Shown: in pieces, positions 1 through 15,000 of the stretch
Layout: every line of letters starts with the position of its first letter
How positions within the stretch are numbered: the stretch's first letter is position 1
Origin: Candidatus Omnitrophota bacterium
GTDB taxonomy: Bacteria > Omnitrophota > Gorgyraeia > Duberdicusellales > 4484-171
DNA length: 64,000 nucleotides
Reading direction: 5' to 3'
Assembly: GCA_024231025.1 (NCBI GenBank)
Contig: JAAEQW010000139.1
Coordinates: forward strand, 7,851-71,850
The notes under the pieces: generated by a model
Seen by the model: only the letters and a program-made list of their open reading frames with translations
What the model was told of the DNA's origin: nothing
Database searches by the model: none
Position numbers and translations under genes: made by a program

Positions 1-3000
1 ATAACGACTAAAAACATCTCTCAATAACCTAGTTCGATCAACCGCTTCATCATTTTTTAATTCAAATTCTACTAATTGATCCTGGTATTCAGCTATTATT
101 TGCCATGTCACAATTAATTCATCTAGTTTAGCTATTGCTATCTGCACCCGCCGCTGAGCCAAAATGCCATCCATATCCTCAACAGCACTCCACAGCCTTG
201 AAAGTAAATCTAAAATATACCCATACTCCAATTCTAATTTAAGATGTTCATTTCTAATCACACTTTCAATACTGCTCGCGGCTGCAGAGAAAAACCCATC
301 ATTAATTAAAGAATAAATTTCTCGCAGGCGCAAACCTAATTGCTCGTGACTTTTCTCAAAACGCCCCCTTAATCTAAGAAGCTCATCGTGATCCTGCGTA
401 ATTAGCTTAATTATTTCTTCCTCTTTAGTTGAGCGCCAACACTCTAATTTTTTGTTAAGTTTATTATAGGCTTGCATAATCCGCATCGAACCACCCTGTG
501 CTTGCTCTAGGCACACACCAATATTGTTGTATTTTCCATAATCTAAATCCCGACGCTGATAGAAGATAGCCTGACCATGCGTTTTGTTGTCTACTACTTC
601 CGCTCCCGCATGGCGGGAAATAATCCTCAAAACAATACGCCAAAGAATACGGCATACCGCCTTATCACTACAACTTGAGATAATTTTTCGCTCTAAAATA
701 CCTAAAGCAACTTGATTCATGTAAACAACAAGAAGGCCTCTTTTATAATTATATTCTGCAATTACAGTGGGTTCGATTTGCAATTTCATGTAAACTGGAT
801 TTCTTTTTATTTCCGGTAATGAAATCTCTGAAAAGGTCAAAGATCTAATCTCAGCATATCTACCCTGATCCCACTCAATCCCGCAGTCAATAATATTTTT
901 TTTACCGATCCCGCTTCGTCTACTACGAATCAACCTAAACGCTTCATCAACTTCTTCTTTACTCCAATTATCAAAAAAACTTCTCGAAATCTGATCCTTT
1001 TCTTTCACTCCTCCCCACCAATAATCAGAGCCATCACTATTTGCCATAAAATCAGGTAAATGGGACCACTCATCAGTGCTGGGTGCGTCATCTTTAAAAT
1101 ATTGCACATGGCAATAACCATCCTCATCTTTCGTAATATAAATATTCTCAAAATCCCAGCCTTTTTTCATGACACCTTCTATTGCATCTTGATTATGAAA
1201 ATAGAGCTTACCATTTCTAAATCGCATTCTTGCGCCTCTAAAAGCAGGTAAAACCTGTTTCGATCTTAGTTGATACTTATCCCGCATTGCTAAAACCACA
1301 CAATTTTCCTTACGGTGCCAATTTAAAAGATTCTCTTTAGCCTTAAGCGTTTTTTCATCTAATCTTTCAGGGACAGCGTTAACAATATCCTCAAAACTAT
1401 ATTTTTTTAGCGCTGGAGCAAAACCTTGTAATCCCTCAATATGATCTTTACATTCTTTTTTTCGCATTGACACGCCCAAACTACTAATAATTCGCGGATG
1501 CAACCAAGAGGACACCAGCAAAACATAATCACTGGCGGAAAGATTAGTTTTCGAATTCTCACCTAATTTTTCCGCTAACACTGCACTTGATAAATTCGCA
1601 TCACAAAGTTGAGCATCAATCTCTCGACCAAATATCATCCAGCGATTAATTAGCGAGTAAACTTCGTCGCGAGAAATCCCCTTTATTACCTCTTGAGAAA
1701 AAATTTCCGCAGGAGCCCTGCCCATGCCAGTTAACAACGCCGCCAAAAATACTACCGCAATCTTAAATTCAGTCTCATTTTTAGAATCAAGTAAAGATTC
1801 CTCTAAAAATAAACCGCGGTTGTCCAGAACAGCAGAAAAATTGCTCATACGACTAACTCGATAAAACGGTTTTCTATTAATTTCATCTAAACTCGCTGCA
1901 ATTCTATTCCTTTCATTGTCGCTACTTTTTAGAACCAACTCTTTAGTTTCCTTAACACACGCTCGATAACGTCTCGCTTCCCACTCAGGAATTTCCCTAC
2001 TTTCAGTGATTTCTTCCTTAACAAATTTCATCAGCGGCATTATCTCTTTAGAAAAAGATTTCTCCTCTTCAAGATGACGACGACAAACCACCAACGACCT
2101 CTGCGTTGTTCTTCGATAATCACCAAGAAACCCAATCCCTGCCAGAACTGTTCCGACTCGATCCTGAGGGCTTGCCTTAAATTTAAGAATCGGAAAAATT
2201 TCCCGACCAAGATGCTTTTGCGCATATTCTGCAAGTTCATTAAATAAAATTAAAACCGCATGATAAATGTTTTCTCCGGTTTTGAAGATGTAAATGTTTT
2301 CCGCGTCCCCGTCAGATAAAATTTTCTGAATGCGGCGTAAAAATATTGTATCCTTATCAATATCAATCTCTCTTAAACGATTAACTACCTTATTAACAAG
2401 CTCCGGATAATACAGCGCAAACAATTCCAAGAGGCAATTGTTATCATATAATTGCTTGCGACCTTGACTGCTAATAGCAAAAAGTTCACAGCTTTCCTGC
2501 GCGTAATCTTCTTCTATTGCGATGTAGTCGTTTATTTTTGCCAAGGCCTGAAGTATCGGCACCGCGCTACAAAACTCAATAGGGCTAGCATCAACCGCGC
2601 TTTTAGAAACAGTCCACCATAAATTATCCTTTTCTAATTTATAAATATAAATCTGACTAGCACAATCAACAAATGAAGGATATCTTGAAAAAATATCCTG
2701 AGCGCCTCGCAAGCGAATTCTTCCTTCGGTAATATCACAAGTATTAAGTAAGTTTAAAAATAATTGTTTTAACTCACTGGAAAGCTCTTTTATTAAAGGG
2801 TTAACTAACAAAATCTCAACGCTCGCATTTCGGATCGGTTGAGCATAATGATATGGCTGAGAGTACACGCGAAGTGCCTCTATCTGTGATAAGCTTTCCG
2901 CGTTCAATAAAGATTCACTTTCAAAAAGGGGCCTATTTGCGTATTTAGCGTAATCGAATTGTAAAAACCTTAATCCAAATCTACGCGCGGCATCGGAAAC

Positions 3001-6000
3001 TTCATTTCTTAAAAAACTAAAATTAATCTCCTCAAAAGGCACTCCAAAGGTCCGCATTATTTCGGCTTCACCCCACACCCCAACTCTAGAATCGATAAAG
3101 CGCCAAGTTAAGGGTAGCAGCTGGCGATTGCGCAAACTATTTAACAATTCTTCATCATCTGGATAATGACCATCTTCGTTAGAAAAAGCTAATCTTTTAC
3201 ACGCCTCAATCAAAAAATTAGAGGATCGCACTTGCCTCCACTGAGAAAAATCTTCTCCTAAATTATCTGGCTTAGATTTAAAAATCCTCCCCTTTAAAGT
3301 GTAGATCTGGCCATTAATTAGAATATACGCGTCACTAAAAAGAATATACGCATCATCTGAGTATTCAATGCCGTTTACGGCGTCGCACCATTGGTATTTC
3401 CCGCATAAAAAAACAAATTCTGCCTTCTCGTCATTTCGCCGGCTACCGCCTTTAACAAAAGAAACAATTTCCAAAACAGCATTAGAAAAATCCTCTTCAA
3501 TTTCTCCACCAAGGGATTGTTCAACCTTATAGCTATCGCCAAAACCACCATCCCAATCGGGAACTATGATATGTCTACTAATCAAAGCTAAAAACTCATC
3601 AATAAATCGCTCGACACCACCAAAACTAGTTGACATGCACTCTAGCGTTGATTCATTGGGGGCGTTAACAATGCCGGTAATTTCATTTTCGATCCATTCT
3701 CGACTCCAAACTGGAATTTGCTCTTCTTTCATTTTCTCAACCAGTTTAGAATAAACCCTATTAAATAAGTGTTTAAATTTCTTCAAACGCTGATTCACTT
3801 CGACTGAGCGAGGTTGCCAACCAACTTTCGCTAAATCACTAGTTTTCGCTCCTACCCGCCTTTTATCAAGATATTGTGGTGCCTCGAGTATTTTAAAAAT
3901 CTTATGTTTTTTTGGTAATTTCCCTAGCGCCAACCACTGCGCATATTTTTCCTTAGTAATCGCATGCAGTGTTTTTGATTTTTTATCTACAATAACAAGT
4001 ATACTCTCGGCAGCTTCCTCTAGCACTTCATCCGCACGCAAAATCTCTTTAGCCCGACCTAAAAGTATCCCCTCCTCTGATAAATCTTTGTATTGAGCAC
4101 CTGCCTCAATAAAACGATTCGCCGTAATGCTAATATTTTCATCACGCACCATCGCAACTGCCCCAACTAAACAATTCTTATCTAAATCAATTAAAAAAAG
4201 AGAACGGAGAGCAACAGTAAACCCATCAGCAAAAGGTGCATCTTCTGCTACTCGTATGTTTTCTTCTCTAAGCTTAATAAAGAATCCCACAATTGCCGCA
4301 ATAGCAACAACCCCAGCCCCCCAGAAAAATGATTCAATCGCCACACTCTGCTCAACGTTAACCAAATTAAGAAATAATCTCAGCAAGAAGCTATCTTCTC
4401 GAAAATAATGGGTTAAAGATTCAAGCACTTCACCAGGCAATCCCGCCCATAAAGGACAAAAGGAATTTAACTTAGAAGAGCACCCTTTGCCTCCTAAGTC
4501 TGGTACGCTCGCTAATTTGACATTTAAACCGCTTATATCGGATTTAAGCTGCTCTAGCCCCCCAACAAACTCAGCTATCCCCTTGTTGATAAGCGCTTCA
4601 AGCGTCCATTGCGTTAAAAAATAATTAACCTTATCTTCTGCCGCAGTATATTGACTTGCTTGAATCAAAACTTTCCAGGTTAATTCTATTAAATCTTTAA
4701 GTTGTGTTTTGTTGATGTCTTTATCTGCAGTATTAATAAATTCAACTAAAGTATCGATCAGAAGTTTTATATCTTTACCTTGAAACAATTTTTCATCTAA
4801 GTAGTGCCTCGCGCTGCTTCGGCTTTTATCCAATTCGCCGGCAAGAGAAAACTTAAATCTATTTCCTTTTACCATGATATTAGATAAGTTATACTTGCCC
4901 AATCCAAGTTCTATCACTCCAAGATAAGCACTATCTACCCCTACTTCCCTCCCTTGGGCAAGGAATCGCTTTCTTTCACACGGCATACTGCAATAGAAAT
5001 CAGCATCAAGTTTCCAAAGCTCATGCTCTGACCTCACCCCTTCTTCCGTAAAATGCATCAACTCATGACGCCTTAAGCCACCGGTTAATTGCGGTTTAGA
5101 AACCGCTAACTCACAACAAACCCAAGGATGATAAGAGAACAATTTTATTGGTACTAATTCATTATGTGCGCCATAAATGTGATTTTGCTTTGCCGCGGCA
5201 GCATGAATTTGCTTAAGATCCTCCGCTTCACGTAACTTTTCAGGATTCAATGTAGTTAAAAGAGCGAACCGATCAAACGGATAGTTGTGGCCTTCAAGCT
5301 CCATCCTCACCTTATTGGCAAATTGCCCTACCGCAATACTTAATAGCGGCGAATAATCGTCTACTAGCCATTCAATCGGGTCTAATTGCCAAACCCCATT
5401 TTTACCCTTATTAAATACCACCATTGCTAAATCACACTCTTCTCCCTGGCCAAGCTCATCTACTTTTCGTTGGTGAATTTTATCGGGAACTAAGAGAGGA
5501 AAACATTCACCATCGTCTTGGGTGTCACCTGTTTCATCTTTGTAACGCAGAACACAAGTTCTTGCTGATTCTCTTACATCAGTATCGAGATCATTAATTA
5601 ATTCCCTCGTCTGCGATAAAAAACGATCTGCAATATCGTGCCCTGTAAAACCAAAAGAATAAATCAACATCAGAGTGTGCCTGCGTACACAAGCCTCGCT
5701 ATCTTTAAGTCCATTTTCTAAAAAACCTAAATATTGATTGTTCTTCGGTTGATAATGCTCATAGCAGAAAACAGCATGAGTGAGAGTCGCCTTTCTAACC
5801 GCATCATTTCTAGAATCCCAAAGACGAGTTAATAAAGGCAGTGGAAATTGCAAATGAAACCCTACCCCTAAAGCATCATCCATTACCTGGGGATTAAGCG
5901 TTTTTTGCACTGCCGCAGTCAATATTGCCCAAGCTTTACCCAGTCCGATCTCTGCTAAATCCCGCGCCATACGAGATAAGACTTCCTCTTTATTGTTATA

Positions 6001-9000
6001 GCGGCTAGATTCATCGAGGGATAAGGAACTTATTAGGCTATCAATCACGCCTTCTTCAAATTTATTTTGCCTTAACAGATTAAAAGCAATATCTAATTGT
6101 TTTTGAAATTCTTTTTCTTTATCTTCGGGGTGATGAACCTCCGAGATGAATTCCTCTCCAGTAATAGGGAGCCGATATTCAACATTCACACTTTGCGGGA
6201 TGCCATAATCATTCTTCTTAGTGTGACGCTTCTCAATAAGTATTAACTGCTCTAAATCAACTTCCCAACTGATAATTAGTGTTTCGTTCTCATTTTTTTC
6301 TATAGCCATGGCATAACACACCCCGCCGGTTAAAGCTCTAGCAATACGCCGCATCTCACTAGGATAATGTTTAAGATGGCAAGTTGTATTACTAATTATT
6401 CGATATATTTCATCCTCAGATAAAGGAGCGCCTGGATTTATTGCGCTGTCTGGTCTGAGAATTATTACCGATGCTAAGCTGCTTTCGGATAATAATCGCT
6501 CTGCCTCGCCATGAGGATCATCAATATCAGCTAAGTAATATTCAAAATGTTCATGGGTAAGGGTTTCTTGAGTAAAGTTTAAATTTTCTGGGGTGATAGT
6601 TTCTAAACCATTGAGGGAATTCATTGTTGTAATATAAAGGATAGGACCGGCATCAGAATCATCAATTATTGAGCCAAAGTCATCAACAATATTCATTATC
6701 TGTACTGCCTTAACTGCAACAATTTGTAATGGCGGACCCCGAACGCTATAACTTACGCTACTAAGCGTTCTTCTTATTTGTGCATCTTCTATTACTAAAC
6801 GTTCATTTGCCCAAGGGATATTTATCGCTACTACTCTATTTGCTTGGCTAGCTTCGTCTATAATCTCCTGAATTCCTTTTCGCGTATGTCTTCCGTTTGA
6901 ACCGCGCCGACCAGTTGATTCGCTCTCTAAATTAAACTGATATTGCAATCTAATTAATTCCTCAACTTTGAATAAGAAGATATTAATGCCTGCTAAATCT
7001 TTCAACCCAATGCCCGCTTCGATAAACCGCATTAATGAGGCTAAACCGCTAATAAAAAAATCTCTATGAATTTTTCGACCACCCCTAATTCTTGAAAATC
7101 CCCAGCAACCAATCAATAAAAAAAGATACGCCAAAGTAAGCAAGAGCACCCCCTGCCAAAAATCACCACTGCCGCCCTTAGCCCCCATAGAAAGAATACC
7201 AACGGCTGAAATTATGCCGGAGCACCCTTCAGCCTTATATCTCCTTAGGAAATGAACAAAACGGCCGTATCGACTACTCTTTGCAAGAGCTTTTGCCGCA
7301 GCTTGTACTTTTCTTGTTACTACTTTTCTATCCAAATCATGTTGGGTGGCAATTTGTTTATGAGTTTTCCCATTAAACACCCCAAAAGCAGCCTCAACAA
7401 CAAGATCAGGATTAACAAGATTACGCTCTAAATACTCTTTCATGGCTTGGCGATTTTTCAACAAGAAATGCATATCTACTTTAGAAGGTTTGAAGTAAAT
7501 TCCCATAAGAGGCCCCAAGATATCAATCAAAGGCTGCCACTCAGGATGCTTATCAGAATCCCTTTTAAGACGCTTAAAAATATCTTTTAATACTTGCTCT
7601 ACCCTCTGCCTAGATAATGGTCTTGCCCATTTTTCGACAACCTCTTCGCCAATTTCTTCAAGCGTCATGGTAGTTAATATTCTTAATTTAAGTATCTTCA
7701 TATTGCGCGAGAAAAACTGTACGCGGAGAAATAATATTGGTTCACTCAATTTTAAATGTTCTTTTACACCTGACTCAAGCTCAAGCCATAAAAGCTTTCG
7801 CGCTTGACCATTACCCACCGCCTCTTCTGGTGAAAGCCCCCCTTGCGAAGAATCATCTATCAAAGACCCCCCTAGAGACCTGGGTCTCTCTTTTATCTCA
7901 TCATGCATTGGCCAAAAAGTACTATTCCATAAATGATTTTCTAATCCTTTCGCTAAAGTTTCTTCTTCGACTTTTGAAGATCTAAAATGCACCGCCCCTT
8001 GATCCAAACCTTCATACCCTATCTGCAACAACTCTTCGCGGGCAATTACTTTCGTGTCTAATTTACTGGCTGCTACAAAAAGAATATATAGGTAAAGGCC
8101 CATTACCGCCATCTTGGCGAATTCATCACCCAATTTAATTCTTCTCTCCAGGAAAAGAATCTGTTTATCGCTTAAGTCGGGCAGCTCTTTTGCTCTTTGA
8201 GAGGGATTAAACTGTTCCAACTGCCTTATATATTCATCTACACCTGGGATATTTTTTCGTGTTAGCTGAGGATTATATTTACTGGAATCCGCCTCCCACC
8301 GCGAGTAACGTACGTAGGGTTTATGCTCAGCTTCATTCTCAATGTCTAGGTAATCTTTGAGGCTTAATAACTGATCCCAACAGCTGCGGCCGGGGAAAGT
8401 AGGCAGTATCCCCTGCAAGGATCTTTTAAAACCCCCCAATAAAAGAAACCGACGGGAAAGATCCCACACCCTTAAATTCTCTAGAGTCTTTTTCTCTCTC
8501 TTTTTCCGAATAGCTACAGATCTCAGTCGATTCTCATTGATAACTCTTACTCGATCTTCTAAAGCCTGCCGTAAAGCCTGGCGAGAAATAATCGCCCAGT
8601 CAATCTTATGAGTTTTCTTAGTGCTGCTCATTTCTACACACTTCAAGACATATTTAAGATCTTTCTTTATCTTACCCTCATAACCATCAGTAAATCTAAT
8701 CCTTAAGCGAATCGCCCCTCTAGACAATTTGCTCAGTCTTGCACAATCCTTCTTGTAGTAACATGCGCTTTCATTCTCGGCAAGCTCGTGTGCTTGCCCT
8801 CTAGATAAATGCAAATTCTTCAACTCAACGGTTTCATGACGATTAATATCGCCGGTCAACTCTGCTCCAACATTATCCTGTGTAAGGGTCAGGTGAATTG
8901 TAAAGATAGCTTCCGCTGCAGTAATTCGATAGCGAAAAACTTTTACTCCTTTTTCTCCGGTAAATTCGATCCGCACTCTTTTACCCGCAACTGCCAAATG

Positions 9001-12000
9001 AGAGAAGATTGGCTTAAAGCGCCTCTTAATTACCGCTCTTAGTTTTCTCCTCTGATTAGAATCTGGCTGTGCGATCTCAACGATTGAGGTTGCCGGATAG
9101 GCTCCAGAGATCCACTCAGTAACATCTGCCTTAGAAATTGCTGCTTTTTTTAGGCCTTTTATTTGGGGTAGGTTATTTCTTATTGCATTGATTGCTGCTT
9201 TGGGATTATCGCAAGAAATAACGTTATCCAAAATAGTATTAATATCTTGAGAGGTTATTTGCGCTGCTTCGAGATCTTCAATAAATGAAAGTAAACCCTT
9301 ATACATCGTTTCGTTACTGTCTAACGAAAGCATTACCGCAAGAATATTGCCAAAAACATTCGCACTAACTTCATTGCGTTTAAGCGCATCCGTCAACCGT
9401 TTAAACTCTTTCCACTCTCCGGGCCAATAGACACAACGGTGCCAGCGAACACCAAAAGCCTCGAGTAAATCCTTAATGACTCTTACTTCCAAAAATCTAT
9501 ACCTCTTGTCAATATCATACAAAGCTCGTAACAGATAGGTAAATGACTCATGAATTGCTAAGCTGTGCGCTAAGCCCCCCTTGTATTGTTGCAATATATC
9601 TACTTTAGGTTTGGAAATCTTAAGGTAATGGCAATAAATTTCAGCGGGTTTAATAGTATAATTAACATTCTTATAGCCAAGAAATTTCAACGTATTCTGA
9701 AGCATCCGAGCGGTTAGGCGCGTGCCGTATATCGATTTATCCTTATCAATCAGCTCAATTAAAAGTCTGCAAACAGCCGCAGTTATACTTAGATCATCTG
9801 AAATAAGCTCACTGAAGCGCTGATCAATGTCTAACCCCAGTTTCCGATAATGCCAATAAAGCCAACAGCATCTGTCCATATATTCGACTTTGCAACCAAA
9901 CACCTCAACCAACACATCTTCTAAGCTAGCGGCGTTGATACCGGATCTTAAACTTTCTGACTGAAAGCCATTTGAATAAATACCTCTTAACTCACCAAGA
10001 GCAGCAAGAAAAGCTTTTAGTAAATTGTCTCTTGAAGAATAAGGACTAGCCTTAATGCGACTATAGCCTCTACGAATAAAATAAGGGCCAAGATAAGCAC
10101 CAAGCTGAGGAAATTTTGTTAGGTGTTTAGAAAACTTAACTTCCTGTACCTCTGGGTTACACTCAGATAATGGTTTTTCAAATTCTTTAAACAATGAAGG
10201 TAATTGATGATTCTCGGGAACACCCCTAACTAGTCTCATCCGCTGCCGCGTCCAAGGGTGCAACACTAAATAAGCTAAGGGTTTTTTTTGGGGAGTAGCT
10301 ACGGTTACAATCGCAAACGGTGCGGATTTATTTGAAGTAACCGCGGGAAGGTCTTGATCTATCTTAACCCTTCTTCCGGGGTCCAAACCAACAAAAAAAT
10401 CTTCTTCTTTAGGGATTTTCGTATTAAAGATATCATAAATATTTCCCTCCTTATCTTGCATCTGACGAGAAATTGTCGATAAGGCCAAATTATCGCCAAC
10501 TCGCTCATCGCAAGAACCAACATAATCCTCAGAAGAAAGATGCCCCATAACCGCATCTGTAAATTCACACAAATTACTACTATAAACTATTGACTGCCCG
10601 GCAATCTTTTCTTGCTTTCTTCTGATTATCTGAGCATGCCACCTACTTGTGCCGGGTTTTCTTTTGAGCAGAACGGTTTTTTTCTTCTTCCCATTTTTAA
10701 AGGCTACCCCTATTCTAAGTAATTGCCCCTCTTTAGAAAGACTATAGAACCCATCTGAAAATTTCCTATCAAAGTTAGCGCCAAGAACAATCTTAAATGA
10801 TTTTTTTAACTTAAGCAGGACATTATCATCATCTTTGGGCAAATTCAAATCGCCAAAATTAATTCCGTTTTCAATAAGAATTTGTGCCATCTCTAACTTA
10901 CTTATCCCTAAAGTTCTAGCAAAACTTCTAACAAAACACCGATTCTGACTAACCATATCCTTTAATACGTCCAAAGAACATCCGCCAATCAAAAATCCTT
11001 CCATATTTCTCTTTTTCACAGTCACCTCGTCCATAAGAGCAGTTAAAATGACTGAATCTTCTCGTGCTCTGGATGACACACAATAATATTTTTCTCCGGG
11101 AATTTTCCTAACATGCACCATATCAGATAGATGTCTTTTTTGCGCAAGCGCTACCGCCAATCCCATAAAATCAAAACAAGCTCTACCTTTATCAAAAGTT
11201 ACCGGCAAACACTCAAAACAAGAAACAATATCTGCAAAGGCAATCGGTAATTCTTGATAACGACAACCTTTTTCGATTACTCGAATGAGAGGGTGCTTAA
11301 TTCTAGCTCGAGTTATTGCCAAACTCTCATCAGGACCCCCACGCCTAGACGTTTGATATGCAATCCAAGCAATATTTTTACTAAATGAACCCCTTCCCAA
11401 AATATCTCTCGCCCATTTACCAATATCTCCATTCATCTTTTCAGCCCACCAATCAAAAGAACGAAGAACATTCTTCGTAGCTAATGCTATCTGATTTGCT
11501 CGGTAATAATCACGATTAGCGCGCAACCACGCTAAAGTTTGGCGATCCCCATCTTCTTGATTAAGCCCTCCAACATGACCAAATTCATCGCGCAAGGCAG
11601 TAACCAACAATCGATTAGCATCGGTGCCGGTAATTGAAAATAATTCTTCTAGGTATTTTTCATTTTCAATAAATATTGGATACAAGTAAATTTCGCCACC
11701 GGTATAGTGTGAAATTTTACGGCAGGCGCCAACGCGGGCGATATCTACGAGATTAGTATTGGGAGTAATCCAAATAATAATCTCGCCAAGCGAAGCTTTA
11801 AAAAGACGCTCATGCGCTTCTATCAATATATTCTTAAAAGTAGTACTCTGTTCAATAGTTAACGATCCCTCCAAAATACTGAAACAAGAAAGACCTGACC
11901 CCTTAAAGCTAACCAAAAGTTTTACCAGTGCCAAACCTTCATACCTAACCTGAGGTTCAATCGCAACTGCGTAATCAAATTCGTTATCACTCCTGTGTGC

Positions 12001-15000
12001 TGTGTTTGGTTTTTTTACTGGTTTTTTTTTTGATTTTTTAGCTTGAGCTCTAAATTCTTTTAACACTGCCTTAGCCATGTGTCTATCCTGCATACTCACA
12101 GGCAAACGAGCGGCAACGCTCTGCTGCCCAACCCACTCGGGTAATTTAGCACCACTAGATGGTTCTAGAAGATTATTTAAAGGAACCCACCCTACACGCC
12201 CTTGGCGAGAATAGCGCGCATGACAACAAGTTATGTCATCCTGGTCAAAAAGCAAATAGATATTATCAGTTGATAGCCCTCGCTCTTGGTTTTTCTCAAC
12301 AAGCGCTTCTAAGCTTAAGAAGATCTCGTCATTTCTACGACAAAAAGCAACACTCCCTATAATATCGACCGCCGCCACCGCTGCAACTTCTTGACCATTA
12401 GCCTCCGCCACAGCATCCATAAAAGAATTACCAATTAATCGCTCCTTTTTTTTATCTACCTGTTTTCGCATCACTGGAAGCGCATTTTTTGACTTTTCTG
12501 CCGTAGGCATTGGCAAAGCATTAACTAACTTTCTTTTACCAGCTAAAGCTGCCGCCATATGAATAAGAACTGCTTCCTTTTGTTGTTGCAAAGCGTTATT
12601 AAAGGCAAGCGATATATACAAAGTACCGTTTGAATCTTGATCATATAAAAATATCGCAGCAAAAAGCGATCTTTTCTTCGTTAAATACATCATTACCGGT
12701 AAAGAAGAAAGCTCCTCTAAAGCCTTGCGGATACCGCGGTCGTCAACGCTTGATATTAAACTATCGAAGGTACTATCTAGACGCCGCTGTTCACCTGGGT
12801 GCAATTTACGCTTCATCCTCAATTCACTTTCTATCTCTTGTTTTAGATTATGACTACTACTCGCCACATTAGTAAACTGATCAACAGGGCAAAAAACATA
12901 CGGCCGATCATTTCTTTTTTTAGGAATCAAACCACTGGCAGTAGTGGTTTGTCTTTCTTTGTGTTGGGATAAAAACTGATTAGTAATCTTTTCGGCATCT
13001 TCTTTGGCTATGCAACACGTTAAAAATATTAAAGTAGCCGCTAATCTAATGTTACTTGCTTCTTGATGTAAATGAATTTCTCCACTTCTGATTATCCCGT
13101 AAAAATAAATACTCTTGGTATAGTAGAATTCCATGGCACTGATACTTTTCAATAAATTTATGAGACAATCGCTTCCCTGTTTTTCTAAATATTCGTACGC
13201 TATTTTCATTGCCGCAGGAATATTGGAATTTTCTAATTCGTTACGACTCAAAACTTTTGCCCCACTGAGAGCAGCTTCAATTTTTTCTTGCGAAAAAAGC
13301 TGTTTCGCATCCCGAGGGCAATAAGCCACAACTATCAGCTGCTTTGGCCTTGCCCCAATCTCGCTACCGTCGACGATTGTTCCGTCTTCTATTGCTTTGG
13401 GCATATGGATCCAACTATCTCCCGGGGGAAGGCTTTCGAAGAATTCCGCATGAAAACGATTATCCCCTGCTCGCTCAACCCAAATATTTTCATGGTTTAA
13501 TTTTGCAAGATTTTTGTCAAACACCATCCATGTGCCATCGCCATCTTCATTAATTTCAGCAACAACAAAATCAGAAACAACTTCACTCATCTTTCGATTG
13601 GAATCTTTAGTCTTATCAAGATGAGCATTAAAAAGACAACAGCGCTTTAATTGGTCATAACTATGGCAAACAGCGATTTGATTTCTTCCTTTATCTTTAG
13701 CTTGGTAAAGCGCACGATCAGCATTTTCGCTAAGCGACAGGGCATTATCACCTAAAACAAGTTTGTTTTTAGAATCATACTGATAGATCTCATAAGCAGC
13801 CAAACCAACGCTCATCGTAATATTAACTGACTCACCCGCTCTTACAGGGATACCTTGCTTATCTAACGCATCTTTTATCCTACCTAGCACTGATCGAGCA
13901 ACTTCTTCAGTAGTGTCAGTTACCAGCAAAAAGAATTCATCACCACCCCAACGAGCAAAACGATCATTGGCACGAATATTTTTGCGTACTATATCTGAAA
14001 AAACAGTTAGAACTACGTCGCCGGCATTGTGCCCATAAGTGTCATTTATCCGTTTAAAATTGTCCAAATCGATTATAAATAAGAAAAGTCCCGGAGCCTC
14101 TTTCCTGCGTTGCGCCATCAACACCTCACTCGGAAAAAATTCCTTCTCAAAAGGTATCCGATTAAGTGCACCGGTTAAATGATCAGTAATTGACTGCTCT
14201 TTTAGCTGCTCATACAAGAAAAAGCTCCTCATTCTACCTGCCAAATGTTCTCTTTGCTGCAATATATCGTAATTAACCGCAGAAAGCGCCCAGATTACAC
14301 TGCGCACTTCTGTTTCGTTTCTACCAACAAGACAACGACGGCGAGGGCGCCTAGAACTTTTTGGATCATCCAGCCAATTATTAATTAAAAATGTTTCAAA
14401 CTTACCAAGGCGTTCACTGGGCAAAATCGAAAAAATCATTTCACCAACATCACCTTCGTAATCATGCTTATCTTCATTATAATTTACTGCAATTATATCG
14501 GGATTCTTGGGTAATTTCCTCCGATCATAAATATGTAAGCCAACCAGTGGTCTACCTTGGGCGTCATCATTAAACCACCAATTCCAACCAAGTTGCCCCT
14601 TTTTATCATATTCGCGCTCTTGCTTGCGAAGCCTCTTTGCAATACTTTTGCGCTGCTGGTGATCACAATTTAACCACTCTCTCACCACTGAAGAAAACCA
14701 CCCCTTTTCACTATGAGGATCGGCAATAATTGACTGATCATCGTTATCCTCGCTATCGCAATTACCTCCATCGTCAACCATAGCAAAGGCAGAATCACGC
14801 AAACCTTCAGTTTTCGCTTTATTAGCGAATCCACCACTAGCGAGATCTACAGTATAATTATAAGCTGAAGCTCGCTGGCCAATAAAGGCGTTAGTCACCG
14901 TGTGAGTTTCAACCTTCATTTTGTATTTCTCCACATTACGGCGCAGTTGTTTTTCGTCAACTTTACCTTTTCGATAAAGCTCCACTTGCCGATCAAAAAA

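Noticed and set aside
3320-3356. 21-bp tandem duplication (DAYILFS/DAYIL); also (tgttag)3 at ~28159
   Set aside because: Tiny in-frame slippage events with no evident function.
9541-9575. HSLAIHESF as another zincin motif
   Set aside because: It lacks the preceding strand pattern and a downstream His/Glu ligand; likely chance.
12008-12040. Poly-T runs (up to T10) as a phase-variation switch
   Set aside because: They encode a Lys-rich linker (KKSKKKPVKKP) in AT-rich DNA and the frame is intact; read-level length variation would be needed.
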